Shown piece after piece: positions 19,037 to 28,514 of a stretch of DNA of 50,100 bases. The stretch is from positions 1 through 50,100 of IMG/VR virus record IMGVR_UViG_3300030380_002955, one strand, 5' to 3'. Position numbers and translations under genes: made by a program. Every line of letters begins with the position of its first letter. The stretch's first letter is position 1. The stretch comes from a virus. Its lineage: Duplodnaviria > Caudoviricetes. The notes beneath the pieces were generated by a model, which saw only the letters and a list, made by a program, of their open reading frames with translations, did not search any database and had not been told where the DNA came from.

Positions 19037-21436
19037 ATGGGAAAAAATAGACAAGTACCATCTTATATGACAGATGGGTCTAGTGCGAAAATAGATGAAA
19101 ACCAAGATAGTGGCGTTAGTTTAGCAGTTCCAACACCTGAAGAACTATCTATAGATAATTCTGTAGGAGAAAATATTGCAGTGGCTACAGATAAATCATC
19201 TGGTCTGATAGATAGTTTATATGATGCTTGGACAGGTGATAATGCTGATATTGAATTTCCAGATCTTCCAGAAACTACAGATTTAGAAGATTACTCATTT
19301 TGGGATGAGTTTACAAACCCAACTGCGGCTTTAAGTCTTATGTTTGCTAGAGATGATTGGTCAAAGGCAGAAATAATAAAAAATAATTTTGCAGACGATA
19401 ACAGATTTGGTGGTATTAAATACGACAAATTCAACAATCCTATGTTGGAGTGGAGTGATAAATTATATTATGTAAATAAGCCAGGTGCTAGTGAGCAAGA
19501 TATGGGTACAATTATGGGTGAGGTTGTCAAATATCTTCCTGCAAGTAAAGTTGTAAATGCATCAAGAAGTATAGCTGGTAGGATATTAAGTGGGTTAGGT
19601 TTATACACCTTAACTGAAGCTGGTGGAGAGGGTATAGAATCGCAATTAGCTCCAGAGGTTGCCAAAGGTAAAAAAAGAAGTGCAGAAGACGTTGCAGTAG
19701 ATTCAGCTAAAATGGGAGCAATATCAACTGGAATGGATTTAGTTGTACCACCAATACTTAGAGCACCAAAAGCAATTGCACAAGGTGTAACAAGAACTGG
19801 TGCACGATTACTAAAGAAAGATATTCCTAGTTGGGCAGAACCAGTCATAAAATCAAAGTCTAAATATGGACTTACACAAGGACAAGCACAAACAAAAACC
19901 CCTGGATTAGGAACAAAAGTACCAGCGTCTGAAAGAATTATGGAAGAAGATTTTATCAGAAATGCTCCTGGTGCAGAAAGTGCAGAAGCAAAAAAAATAT
20001 TAGATGACTTTGATGAAAATCAACTAAACGCTATAAGAAATGATGCACAAAAACTTCAATACGAAATGGGATCAAAAAAAATAATACCTGGTGAACAAGC
20101 AGATAATGTTCCAACTACATCTACACAAGATATAAAACAAATAGTCACTGATGAAGCTAAAAATCTAAAAAAACAATCAAAAGAAAGTTATGATTTTGTA
20201 GGAGGAGCATTAGATCAACCTCAAGTATCTGTAGAAGGTCTTACTACAATTTTAAACCAAATAAGAAATAACCCAGAATTTAAAGGTTTATTGCCAAGAC
20301 AATTAAAAAGAATGACCATACTTGCAGAAGAATTGTCAGCTTTAAGTGAACTTGAAAAAGCCATGTCAAGACCAGGATCTAACTACAAACAATCTATAGA
20401 TTTTAATGAAATAGTAAAACAACAAAAAGTTATTAACGAGGCATCTAGAACTGCAGAAAGAGGATCACCAGAAGCAAGATTGCTTGGTATGTTAAAAGGT
20501 GAATTTGATAAGTTTGTATTTGATGGAATTGATAGTGGATTTATTACTGGAAATAAAGTTGTAATTGATCAGCTAAAAAAAGCAACAGATTTATATAAAA
20601 AATATATAGGAATTAGTGGCAAGGGCACTGCAAAAGATAAAGCACAGAAAGCAGTCAATAATATTCTTGCTGATCTTACAAATCCAGCTTTTGAAGCAGA
20701 CAAAGTTGTAAATGTATTTTTTGGTCATTCAAAATTTAATCCAACACCAGTCATGGCTGAAGTATTAAGAAAAATGAAAGCCAATCTTCCAGAAGAAAAG
20801 GCTAAAGAAGTTATAGGTTTGGTCAAAGATGCAGTTTTACATAAAGCATTTTCTGGAAAAGGTAACGAAGTTACAAGAACTAATATAGTTCAAAACTACA
20901 ATGATATTTTTAATAAAAATAAAAATTTAATAAATATGTTATTTTCTAAAAAAGAAATAGAAAAAATAGCAGATTTTAGAAAGAATGTTGCACCTACATT
21001 ATGGGCAGATCCTGCATATGTAATGAATAAGTCAGGATCTGCATATGTATTTACCTCTGCAATGGCAAGAAATGGATTGTTAACTCAATTAGAAATACCA
21101 ATTGTGTCTCAAGTTTCAGGTGGATTAAATTCAATACGAAACACTAATATAGCATATGATGCTATAAAGAATTATGTAACAAGACAAAATCAGCCATTAT
21201 TTGATTTTCCGCTGCCTGGTGGTTATGGATCTGTATTAGAGAGAATGAATAGAATGTTTCAAGGTCAAGCATCTATAGTTCCTAAAGGCGTTGATTCAGA
21301 TAGACAAGCATTATTAGTAGGTGCAAAAGAAGATATAATTGGCACAGAAGAAGTTGATACGTCTGCACTTAAATCACTAGCTAGTAGTATAGATGCTGAA
21401 ACAAGAAAGAAAATTTTACAACAAGTAGGGCAATAA
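19037..21436 (+). CDS. Large ejection/internal virion protein (P22 gp16-like)
   Basis: 799 aa, helical; YVNKPG.S.QD and LTQGQ motifs; last gene of the ejection trio. Confidence 0.55.
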   Translation: MGKNRQVPSYMTDGSSAKIDENQDSGVSLAVPTPEELSIDNSVGENIAVATDKSSGLIDSLYDAWTGDNADIEFPDLPETTDLEDYSFWDEFTNPTAALSLMFARDDWSKAEIIKNNFADDNRFGGIKYDKFNNPMLEWSDKLYYVNKPGASEQDMGTIMGEVVKYLPASKVVNASRSIAGRILSGLGLYTLTEAGGEGIESQLAPEVAKGKKRSAEDVAVDSAKMGAISTGMDLVVPPILRAPKAIAQGVTRTGARLLKKDIPSWAEPVIKSKSKYGLTQGQAQTKTPGLGTKVPASERIMEEDFIRNAPGAESAEAKKILDDFDENQLNAIRNDAQKLQYEMGSKKIIPGEQADNVPTTSTQDIKQIVTDEAKNLKKQSKESYDFVGGALDQPQVSVEGLTTILNQIRNNPEFKGLLPRQLKRMTILAEELSALSELEKAMSRPGSNYKQSIDFNEIVKQQKVINEASRTAERGSPEARLLGMLKGEFDKFVFDGIDSGFITGNKVVIDQLKKATDLYKKYIGISGKGTAKDKAQKAVNNILADLTNPAFEADKVVNVFFGHSKFNPTPVMAEVLRKMKANLPEEKAKEVIGLVKDAVLHKAFSGKGNEVTRTNIVQNYNDIFNKNKNLINMLFSKKEIEKIADFRKNVAPTLWADPAYVMNKSGSAYVFTSAMARNGLLTQLEIPIVSQVSGGLNSIRNTNIAYDAIKNYVTRQNQPLFDFPLPGGYGSVLERMNRMFQGQASIVPKGVDSDRQALLVGAKEDIIGTEEVDTSALKSLASSIDAETRKKILQQVGQ

Positions 21437-21603
21437 TGGCAAAACCAACAACACAAGAAATTCATGTAACATTAGAGAAACATATTGCCGTAAGTGATGA
21501 ACGCTGGAAAGAAACAATCCTCAGAATCAAAAGAATGGAGCATATTATGATAGCAACCTCTGGAACTGCCATAGTAATGCTAATAGGTCTGCTAGTGAGG
21601 TGA
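21436..21603 (+). CDS. 55-aa coiled-coil plus C-terminal TM protein (XhlA-like; not in ORF track)
   Basis: TAATG coupling; MAKPTTQEIHVTLEKHIAVSDERW...TAIVMLIGLLVR. Confidence 0.55.
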   Translation: MAKPTTQEIHVTLEKHIAVSDERWKETILRIKRMEHIMIATSGTAIVMLIGLLVR

Positions 21604-21604
21604 A

Positions 21605-22351
21605 ATGGTCGTTGCAGAAATACTCACGGGCATTGCATTAGTACAGAAATCAGTAGAATTTATAAAAAGCAATATCAATACAGTTTCCGATATTAAAGGC
21701 ATAGCTAAACAAATAGATGGCTTCTTTGAAGGAGAAGCTCAGATGAATAAAAAGTCTGGAACTGTAAGTATAAAAGAACAGTTTGGTATAGAATCAACTG
21801 CCTCTGATTTTATTGATAGAAAGTTACTTGAAGAAAAGCGTAATGAGCTTAAAAATATAATTAATCTCCGGTTCGGACCTACTGCTTGGGATCAAATTAT
21901 TGCTGAAAGAGCTAATAGAATTAATGAAGCTAAAGAAGCAGTAAGGCTAAAAAAAATAGAAAAGAGACAACAACAAAAAGAAATTATAGATACATTACAG
22001 ACAATGGGTATAATATTTTGTGTCGTTGCAGTGATTGTTATAGGTGCAGTAATGGCACTCAAGGCGTATGCAGATTCATATAAATACATCCCAAAAGATT
22101 ACACACGACAACAAAAAATTAATCGTGGTGAAATAATTTTACCAATTATGACTACCTGCAGACTTATGAAACAAAAAGTTTTTAAAGATAAAATGGCTTG
22201 TATTTATATAGGTGCACAAAAGACATATGAACTAGAATTTACAGATATATCAATTGGATGCCCCAGAAGATATAAATGTAAGCTCAATCCCAATGGTAAA
22301 GAGCCAAACATAGATCAAGTAATGGAAAGTCTCAGAAGTATAGCAGAGTAG
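21605..22351 (+). CDS. Membrane protein with Cys-rich C-terminal domain
   Basis: Coiled coil, one TM segment, TTCRL...CIY...CP..Y.C. Confidence 0.6.
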   Translation: MVVAEILTGIALVQKSVEFIKSNINTVSDIKGIAKQIDGFFEGEAQMNKKSGTVSIKEQFGIESTASDFIDRKLLEEKRNELKNIINLRFGPTAWDQIIAERANRINEAKEAVRLKKIEKRQQQKEIIDTLQTMGIIFCVVAVIVIGAVMALKAYADSYKYIPKDYTRQQKINRGEIILPIMTTCRLMKQKVFKDKMACIYIGAQKTYELEFTDISIGCPRRYKCKLNPNGKEPNIDQVMESLRSIAE

Positions 22352-22421
22352 CCTATAACAGTTTCAGCTACTCTATTAGGAATAAAAGAGGGGAAACATT
22401 AGAGGATTTAATGTTCACTTT
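22345..22421. terminator. Hairpins between convergent operons (probable terminators)
   Basis: AGAGTAGC...GCTACTCT and AACATTA...TAATGTT inverted repeats, the latter followed by a T-run. Confidence 0.4.
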
Positions 22422-22445
22422 TACTTACTGATCCTAAAACGTAGG

Positions 22446-22589
22446 TTACGTCTTAGACACTTTAGCTTTTTTAGCCTTAATTATCAATGTAAGAATGTAC
22501 AGTGCTCTTTTGTATTCCTTCTTTATCAAAGCATCCTCTAAAAAATCAAGGATACTATTCTTACCATTAAGGATATTCATAATCGCCAT
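22446..22589 (-). CDS. 47-aa hypothetical protein (not in ORF track)
   Basis: MAIMNILNGKNSILDFLEDALIKKEYKRALYILTLIIKAKKAKVSKT; abuts the stop of the upstream gene. Confidence 0.45.
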   Translation of the reverse strand: MAIMNILNGKNSILDFLEDALIKKEYKRALYILTLIIKAKKAKVSKT

Positions 22590-23075
22590 TTATATATATT
22601 TTCTTTCATAATATCCATTAGCAGTCCTAATTGACTTCTTTTCAAACCAATATGAGAAGCGACTATCCCAAGTATCATATACAGTGCCTAGTCTCATGTT
22701 CATTAGATGCCTATTGACTGCTACTATTATGTTACCTAGATGTGTAAGCTCATCAAGTTTAGTTCTTTCACTAGATCCAAACTTACGAAGTGATACCCAT
22801 CTCCATCCATTATTTAAAAGATAATCATGGTAGATCTTTTTGTAATTACCATTTCTAGGCGTACCACCTTTTTCTCTAGTCCTGGATTTCATTTGCTTAG
22901 ATACCTTATCATTCTTTTTAGACAAGTAATCTTTATTGATCTGAAATAGTTTATCATAAACTGTTTTGTAATCTTCTCCAGTAGCATGGGTGATTGCTCT
23001 TACGACACAATCCCCAGCTTCACCTTTAAAATAGTTTGATCTTCCAGCATCACTGTAAGTAAAATTTAGTTCCAT
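22590..23075 (-). CDS. Conserved phage protein, possible papain-like Cys/His fold
   Basis: GDCVVRAI, later H and DTWD motifs; RBS GGGGA. Confidence 0.55.
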   Translation of the reverse strand: MELNFTYSDAGRSNYFKGEAGDCVVRAITHATGEDYKTVYDKLFQINKDYLSKKNDKVSKQMKSRTREKGGTPRNGNYKKIYHDYLLNNGWRWVSLRKFGSSERTKLDELTHLGNIIVAVNRHLMNMRLGTVYDTWDSRFSYWFEKKSIRTANGYYERKYI

Positions 23076-23076
23076 A

Positions 23077-23343
23077 TTATTCCCCTTTGCAAAAAAGTTT
23101 AGCTTGTTGTTTTGCTATTTTAATAGAATCACAGTGTGTCCAATTACTGCCACCATGATCAGAACACCAAAACATCCAACCCTTCATATCTTTAAATTCT
23201 TTATAAATACAAACAGTGTGTTTTCTTGTGTACTTATTGAAGGAAGGAATATATCTATTCCCACCTTCATACTTTACTACTTGATAATATCTATGAAACT
23301 TATGCTCGTGTTCATGCCAAGTATCTCTTTCAAAAGCTATCAT
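23077..23343 (-). CDS. Hypothetical early protein
   Basis: RBS GGAGG; tight operon packing. Confidence 0.55.
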   Translation of the reverse strand: MIAFERDTWHEHEHKFHRYYQVVKYEGGNRYIPSFNKYTRKHTVCIYKEFKDMKGWMFWCSDHGGSNWTHCDSIKIAKQQAKLFCKGE

Positions 23344-23571
23344 TTAAAAACCTCCCATATTATATTTAGACCAATTCTCATTCCACATATCAACTATGTG
23401 ATCCATTAGACCTTCATAACTAAGATCAGGGCACATTCTGTATTCTCTATTCCATAAGGTATAGGCTTGATGTTTAGCTTGTCCAACAGTATCACATCTC
23501 TCAATAATCTTAGGTAATTCTACATCTAAGAATTTATCGCTACTACTTTGTAGATAATTATGCATCCCCAT
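23344..23571 (-). CDS. Hypothetical early protein
   Basis: TAATG coupling with the upstream ORF. Confidence 0.55.
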   Translation of the reverse strand: MGMHNYLQSSSDKFLDVELPKIIERCDTVGQAKHQAYTLWNREYRMCPDLSYEGLMDHIVDMWNENWSKYNMGGF

Positions 23572-23735
23572 TACTTAGATCCTTCAAACATAAATTTTAC
23601 TTTGGCAAATTCTACTGCCTTTTTTTTAGTATGAAACATATCAACTACTTTGCCTTTACACTTAACAACCCAATTCCAATTGTCATCCCATTGACCTACA
23701 GTTGATTTACAAACTTTCCAATTTCCAAATTTCAT
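23571..23735 (-). CDS. 54-aa early protein (not in ORF track)
   Basis: MKFGNWKVCKSTVGQWDDNWNWVVKCKGKVVDMFHTKKKAVEFAK...; first gene after a promoter with GGAG RBS. Confidence 0.6.
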   Translation of the reverse strand: MKFGNWKVCKSTVGQWDDNWNWVVKCKGKVVDMFHTKKKAVEFAKVKFMFEGSK

Positions 23736-23741
23736 TTTTTA

Positions 23742-23801
23742 ACTCCAAATTTTATTGTTCATTTTCTTTATTGTATCCGATCTAAATATAGATGTCAACC
23801 C
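23742..23801 (-). promoter_or_regulatory. Early sigma70 promoter and conserved leader (leftward)
   Basis: GGG-TTGACA-17nt-TACAAT, then GAACAATAAAATTTGGAG. Confidence 0.8.
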
Positions 23802-23850
23802 TTAATAAATGTTTTTATACTCTATTTAAATGTTTTTTCGCCCATATTAG

Positions 23851-23919
23851 GGGTTGACTTATGTATTTACATATGATAGAATCAATTTAAGATAAATAAC
23901 GAACAACAAAAATTGGAGA
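23851..23919 (+). promoter_or_regulatory. Early sigma70 promoter and conserved leader (rightward)
   Basis: GGG-TTGACT-17nt-TAGAAT with extended TGn; leader TAACGAACAACAAAAATTGGAG. Confidence 0.8.
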
Positions 23920-23925
23920 TTTTTT

Positions 23926-24153
23926 ATGAAGAACGTAGTCAAAACAAAGCCTAAAGAAAAGTCTTGGGTAAGTGCAAAACTATTTCATGTTTATTTTAAC
24001 CAAATGAGATTGCCAATATGTGGACTTAGGTTTGCATGGGCAGTAGTGGGTCATAAATGGGTTAGGGTGCAACTACCTTTCTGTAACACCAAGTTCAAGC
24101 TAAGAAGATCCATATGGGATCAAATGGATGTAATTGGAAAGGGAGCAAAATAA
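23926..24153 (+). CDS. Hypothetical early protein
   Basis: First gene after the promoter; RBS GGAG. Confidence 0.6.
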   Translation: MKNVVKTKPKEKSWVSAKLFHVYFNQMRLPICGLRFAWAVVGHKWVRVQLPFCNTKFKLRRSIWDQMDVIGKGAK

Positions 24154-24377
24154 TGATTAAGTTTTTAGAAGATAAGATAGTTTATACAAAAACTATCAAA
24201 ACAAATAAACATAAGAAATTATTTTTACATTTTACAATAGAGAATGATTTTTATTTTCAACAAGCAAAACAGAAATTTGACTTTTGGAAAAAACATATTC
24301 AAGAGGTTTGTTCTGATAAGCAATTTAAAAATAATATAGTTACTCAAGAATATTTTTTGTAGGGAGCAAAATAATGA
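24140..24377 (+). repeat. 17-nt direct repeat AGGGAGCAAAATAATGA at 24140-24156 and 24361-24377
   Basis: Exact match read from the sequence; flanks one ORF. Confidence 0.8.
24153..24362 (+). CDS. Hypothetical early protein
   Basis: Likely start ATG 24153 (TAATG overlap, RBS GGGAG), not 24114. Confidence 0.55.
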   Translation: MIKFLEDKIVYTKTIKTNKHKKLFLHFTIENDFYFQQAKQKFDFWKKHIQEVCSDKQFKNNIVTQEYFL

Positions 24378-24784
24378 AAGTAAAAAAACACACAAATATT
24401 CCAAAGGTAGTTAAAGTTTGGTACTCTATTGATGCAAGTGCTGAAAATGGAAAGAAAAAGTTCTTTGATACTCTGTATCATTGGGGTATTGTTGAACAAG
24501 TAAAAGCATATGATTTTTGGCGAGAGTTTGAAGATGGTAGGTTTGATGAAAAAAGTCTAGCAAGAGTTGAACTCAAAGTTGACAATGCATTTAGAAGAGC
24601 AATTGATATAAAAGAAAATCTTTTAAGGAGCTTAGATTTAGATCACAGTATCAATGATGACATATTAAAGAATGTTAGAAGGTTTATAAGTACACAACTT
24701 AAAGACCTAACTGATGATCACTATAAAATTCAAAACATATTCAAAGATATAAAAGCAAATATAATCTTAAAACAAATGGAGTAA
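24374..24784 (+). CDS. Hypothetical early protein
   Basis: RBS GGGAG. Confidence 0.6.
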   Translation: MKVKKHTNIPKVVKVWYSIDASAENGKKKFFDTLYHWGIVEQVKAYDFWREFEDGRFDEKSLARVELKVDNAFRRAIDIKENLLRSLDLDHSINDDILKNVRRFISTQLKDLTDDHYKIQNIFKDIKANIILKQME

Positions 24785-24800
24785 TTTCTGGGAGGTTATT

Positions 24801-25271
24801 ATGAAATTTTTTATTATACTTTTTCTTGTATTGCTATGTTGTTTTAGTAAAGCAAAAGCAAATGAGATAGAATGTCTTGCACTAAACATATACCATGAGG
24901 CAAGAAATCAGCCAACAGTAGGCAAATTAGCAGTAGCACAAGTAACAATGAATAGGGTAAAAGATGTTAGATTTCCAAATACTATTTGTGGAGTTGTTTA
25001 TCAAGGTTATTATTCCAACAATTTTCCTATAAAAAATAAGTGTCAATTTAGTTGGTGGTGTGATGGCAAGTCAGATAAGCCAAGAGACTTGCAGTCTTGG
25101 AGCTATTCAATGATGTTGGCTACACGAATGTATGAAGGTTTCTTTGATAATATAGATGTAGTTAAAGATGCAACTCACTATCATGCAGTATATGTCAGTC
25201 CATATTGGACAAAAATGAAAAAGAAAGTTAGGGTCATTGGAGATCATGTATTTTATACTTGGGAAAAATGA
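24801..25271 (+). CDS. Cell wall hydrolase, SleB/Hydrolase_2 family
   Basis: Signal peptide; CLALNIYHEAR, AVAQV..NRV..FP.TIC.VV, CQFSW.CDG, ATHYHA, IG.H.FY. Confidence 0.9.
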   Translation: MKFFIILFLVLLCCFSKAKANEIECLALNIYHEARNQPTVGKLAVAQVTMNRVKDVRFPNTICGVVYQGYYSNNFPIKNKCQFSWWCDGKSDKPRDLQSWSYSMMLATRMYEGFFDNIDVVKDATHYHAVYVSPYWTKMKKKVRVIGDHVFYTWEK

Positions 25272-25567
25272 ATTACGAAAACTGTGCAAAATGTGGGATT
25301 AAACTCAGAGGTGCTACTAGAGTTAGAACACGACCTAAAAAGTGTTTTAAGTGTTTAGGACAAAATGAGATATCAAAAAACTTTGAACTCAGTAAAGTAA
25401 CTAAAGAATTTTTAAATCCTAATTCAGACGAATCAGATGGTGGCAATGTATTTGTAGACGATCCCGCTGCCAAAAATGAAATAGAATATGGTAAAGTAGT
25501 GAAAAAATCAGTAGGAATTATTTTCACACAAAGTTCTTTAGGAAGCGTAATGAAGGATGATAGCTAA
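25268..25567 (+). CDS. Zn-ribbon hypothetical protein
   Basis: CAKC and CFKC pairs; ATGA overlap at 25268. Confidence 0.55.
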   Translation: MNYENCAKCGIKLRGATRVRTRPKKCFKCLGQNEISKNFELSKVTKEFLNPNSDESDGGNVFVDDPAAKNEIEYGKVVKKSVGIIFTQSSLGSVMKDDS

Positions 25568-26709
25568 AACATACTGATCTGTTTGTCCTCTGGTCTATTG
25601 AATTTAGGATTGTATGCCTTCCTATCTTCTCCAATATACTCATGTGAATAACATATCCTATTAGTCTCTAAAGGTATTAGGCGTTTCTTGTAATCGTAAG
25701 TATCAGAGCTTCTATCCTTTAGATTAGTAGCAGTAGCTCTCCATAAAGGCGATTTTTGCCTATACTCACCCATTCTTATATGAGAAGTCTTAGAATAATA
25801 TCTTACGCCACTTTCTATGTGAATGTCAGCCACTGCATCTGAAAGTCTAGTTCCAAGTCCTAAACCCTGGAAATCTGGAAGTATTACAGTTCTAGCTTCT
25901 CTCCAGTTTTTTCTTCTATCTCCTTCATATAAAGGTGGCGTATATCCTGGCAGTGATACACTAGAAGAAAAGCCTATAATCCTATCTTTCCACAAACCCA
26001 AATAACAGTGAGCGGCTTGAGGTAATTCTTCAGTTAGATAATGATGCTTCTTAAACAGTTCCCAATACTTTCTGACCCCTTTGATAACTCTAATTTCAAT
26101 GGGTTGCCGAACTAACCCCCTTGATGCAAACTTCTTAGCATCAGTGTTAAAAACCCAATCTGGATCTAGCCATTCTAAAATATCATCGTGACAGGTCGCT
26201 AGAACTATATTTTTTAGGTTATTACGCTTCACATACTTAGATAAAGATAAAGAGCATGACTTAGCTACATCTCTATTAACGACTGACGTAAACTCATCAA
26301 TAACGATATTACTGCCTAATCGTCTAGCTAGATCGCATCTAAAGCCTTCTCCATTAGATAATACGTTTCTAGGTTTTGCCCAAGTTGGAACTGTATTTAA
26401 TCCAACTGCTCCAAGTCTTTCTATAGCATCCTCTACAGAATCAAAGTGAGAAGCTATAGATTTATTGTAATCCCATTCTAATTCTTTTTCTTTTCCATAC
26501 TGATTTAGTATAGATGTTTTACCACTGCCACTAGATCCATATATTACACCAATACCAAAGTCTCCTTCAAACTTAGAAAAGTGTGGAATTGTAAACTCTG
26601 TTTTACCATCAAATTCAAAATCAAAATTTTTAAAAATTACTTTATCTATTTCAGACATTTCTACTTCACTAGTTAAAGTCGTAGATTTGTAGTTATATAA
26701 ATCTTCCAT
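25564..26709 (-). CDS. ABC-ATPase/GNAT fusion (Mom-like acyltransferase candidate)
   Basis: Walker A GSSGSGKT, signature LSNGE, Walker B IVIDEF, H-loop ATCH; C-terminal HHYL and RTVILPDFQGLGLG acetyl-CoA motif; no TM partner gene. Confidence 0.8.
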   Translation of the reverse strand: MEDLYNYKSTTLTSEVEMSEIDKVIFKNFDFEFDGKTEFTIPHFSKFEGDFGIGVIYGSSGSGKTSILNQYGKEKELEWDYNKSIASHFDSVEDAIERLGAVGLNTVPTWAKPRNVLSNGEGFRCDLARRLGSNIVIDEFTSVVNRDVAKSCSLSLSKYVKRNNLKNIVLATCHDDILEWLDPDWVFNTDAKKFASRGLVRQPIEIRVIKGVRKYWELFKKHHYLTEELPQAAHCYLGLWKDRIIGFSSSVSLPGYTPPLYEGDRRKNWREARTVILPDFQGLGLGTRLSDAVADIHIESGVRYYSKTSHIRMGEYRQKSPLWRATATNLKDRSSDTYDYKKRLIPLETNRICYSHEYIGEDRKAYNPKFNRPEDKQISMF

Positions 26710-26721
26710 GTTAATCCCCTA

Positions 26722-26748
26722 AAGTAAAAGGGAGCATAAAGCTCCCCT
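26722..26748 (-). terminator. Rho-independent terminator
   Basis: Minus strand GGGAGC-TTTAT-GCTCCC-TTTTACTTT. Confidence 0.7.
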
Positions 26749-26752
26749 TATA

Positions 26753-27667
26753 TTAAGCTATCTCTAGCTCTTTCCATTTCTTACTATTAATCATACTTCT
26801 TACATCGTTTTGTCTACGTTGCTGAACTATATGATTATTAGTGCTAGTGCCTTTTACATCTCCTAGATGTGTAGACCATGCAGTTGCAGACTGATATGCA
26901 CACCATAGAGAGCCTTTAGCACCATTTCTACCATAATCACCCTTACCATGAATTTGAGCTACTTCAGCGTCATATAAACCCATAAGATGATATAACTGCT
27001 TTTTATTGGTATCAGACTGACCACTAGCAAGTTTTATCTCATTAGCTTGACTTTTAGCTATAGTGGTTTTGAAAAGATCAATTACTTGCTCATCTTCTAC
27101 TCTAGTATCCCACCATTTTTTAAAGCTCTCAGTTTCGTCAGTGATAGCAGTAACTGCATTCTGTATCTTCTTATTAGATGCATCTACGTTAAAGTGAGTA
27201 GTATGTCTATTAGCAGTATAGGCGATCTTTTGACCACTTACCAAAGTATTAAAACATACTTCATTCATCCAACCAAAGAATGACTGAAACTTCCACTTTT
27301 GATTGTAGCTATTTCTAGCCACAAACTTTAGATACAAATCATGGTCACCTACTTGAACATGGTGTGCTGGAAGTAATAACTCCATTTTAGCCATAGCACC
27401 ATTTTCGTAAGTACTTACAGTGATTTCATTATTAGAAAAGTCTAAGCCACCTTTTTGCATAGATTCTATAGCTCCACCAAAAGCATCAACATGATGAATT
27501 GGCTTGTATCTAGACTTAACGATGCCAAGAGGATCACCCTCTTGAGCACCAAATTGATTAAGGCGAACTACTTTTCTACCCATGTAGGAAGGGATACCTT
27601 GTATATCCCTAACATCTATTTTAAATGATACGTCTTGTAACGCTTCTTGAATTTTTGTATCTAACAT
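26753..27667 (-). CDS. DUF932-like phage/plasmid protein
   Basis: LGIV..RY, NSY, VC.N.L, RHT, SLW.AY...T.W.TH motifs. Confidence 0.75.
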   Translation of the reverse strand: MLDTKIQEALQDVSFKIDVRDIQGIPSYMGRKVVRLNQFGAQEGDPLGIVKSRYKPIHHVDAFGGAIESMQKGGLDFSNNEITVSTYENGAMAKMELLLPAHHVQVGDHDLYLKFVARNSYNQKWKFQSFFGWMNEVCFNTLVSGQKIAYTANRHTTHFNVDASNKKIQNAVTAITDETESFKKWWDTRVEDEQVIDLFKTTIAKSQANEIKLASGQSDTNKKQLYHLMGLYDAEVAQIHGKGDYGRNGAKGSLWCAYQSATAWSTHLGDVKGTSTNNHIVQQRRQNDVRSMINSKKWKELEIA

Positions 27668-28050
27668 TATGCTACTCCTGCTAGTTTAAATAATTTATTA
27701 TGTTTGAAACCTATGTTGAACTCCCAAGCTAGTTGGTCACCACCATAGTATTTATCGTGCTCCAAACCATCTGCCTCAAGTATCCACTTGATTGCAGTTT
27801 TGTAGTTGTTAGCACCTAGCTTACAAGTGTCTTTTATTCTCTTAGCTAGATTAGATACATTCTCAGCTTTGATTCTAGCTTCTTCTGCATCGTTCTTGAC
27901 CATATCGTCAATAAGATTATCCCAAATTGCTTGTTTGGCATCTTGGTCTGCAATTTCCCAATGAAACCAAAATCTTTCAGTAGGTCTGCAACCCCAAGCA
28001 TCTTTATGAAGGTCAGAGATTGTATTTTCGCAAAAAGTATATTTAGTCAT
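27667..28050 (-). CDS. Hypothetical early protein
   Basis: Likely start ATG 28050 after GGAG; ISDLHKDAWGCRP motif. Confidence 0.65.
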   Translation of the reverse strand: MTKYTFCENTISDLHKDAWGCRPTERFWFHWEIADQDAKQAIWDNLIDDMVKNDAEEARIKAENVSNLAKRIKDTCKLGANNYKTAIKWILEADGLEHDKYYGGDQLAWEFNIGFKHNKLFKLAGVA

Positions 28051-28055
28051 TTGTT

Positions 28056-28117
28056 TCTCCAATTTTTGTTGATCGTTATTTTATTAATATAATAAATGTA
28101 TATACATAAGTCAACCC
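28056..28117 (-). promoter_or_regulatory. Early sigma70 promoter and conserved leader
   Basis: GGG-TTGACT-17nt-TATATT; TAACGATCAACAAAAATTGGAG. Confidence 0.8.
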
Positions 28118-28132
28118 ATAAAAAGAGTTTTT

Positions 28133-28318
28133 TTATATTTTTTTTACAAATTCTAATTTTGCATAGATTATATTGGTTATTCTTATGAAGTTATCTAACG
28201 CTTTTAGGTTTTCTTCTTTAGATAAATTACCTTTAGCAATATCGCCTTTGTGATTTTGTAGTAACTTTCTAAGGTAGACAACTTCATCAGAAGCCTCTTT
28301 AACCATTAGTTTAACCAT
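28133..28318 (-). CDS. Hypothetical protein
   Basis: Overlapping operon packing. Confidence 0.5.
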   Translation of the reverse strand: MVKLMVKEASDEVVYLRKLLQNHKGDIAKGNLSKEENLKALDNFIRITNIIYAKLEFVKKI

Positions 28319-28514
28319 ATGGTATTCCTTTTATCAGCATCTTTTCTTTTATATCTAAGCCTTTTTTATAACCTTTTTTATAATAATCAGAAAAGGTATT
28401 TTTTGGATTTGAACTTTCATCGTACAAAGCATCTTCAATACCTTGTGTATAATGCGATAAATAACCCACTCTTCTTTTGGCTATGATATCATTTTCATTA
28501 GTTTCATTTGACAT
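28311..28514 (-). CDS. Hypothetical protein
   Basis: Likely start at MSNE (28514); Y..GY..G motif. Confidence 0.5.
   Translation of the reverse strand: MSNETNENDIIAKRRVGYLSHYTQGIEDALYDESSNPKNTFSDYYKKGYKKGLDIKEKMLIKGIPYG

Noticed and set aside
19916-19927. 12-nt match (AAAGTACCAGCG) between hairpin loop B and the large ejection gene
   Set aside because: Short enough to be chance, and in the same sense as the mRNA, so not antisense
930-21465. Many minus-strand ORFs opposite structural genes (e.g. 6542-7075, 14605-15087, 19468-19848)
   Set aside because: Antisense shadows of real genes: no RBS, and Pro/Ser/Ile-rich composition that mirrors plus-strand codon bias
25564-26709. ABC transporter
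   Set aside because: No permease or substrate-binding gene nearby; the ATPase is fused to a GNAT
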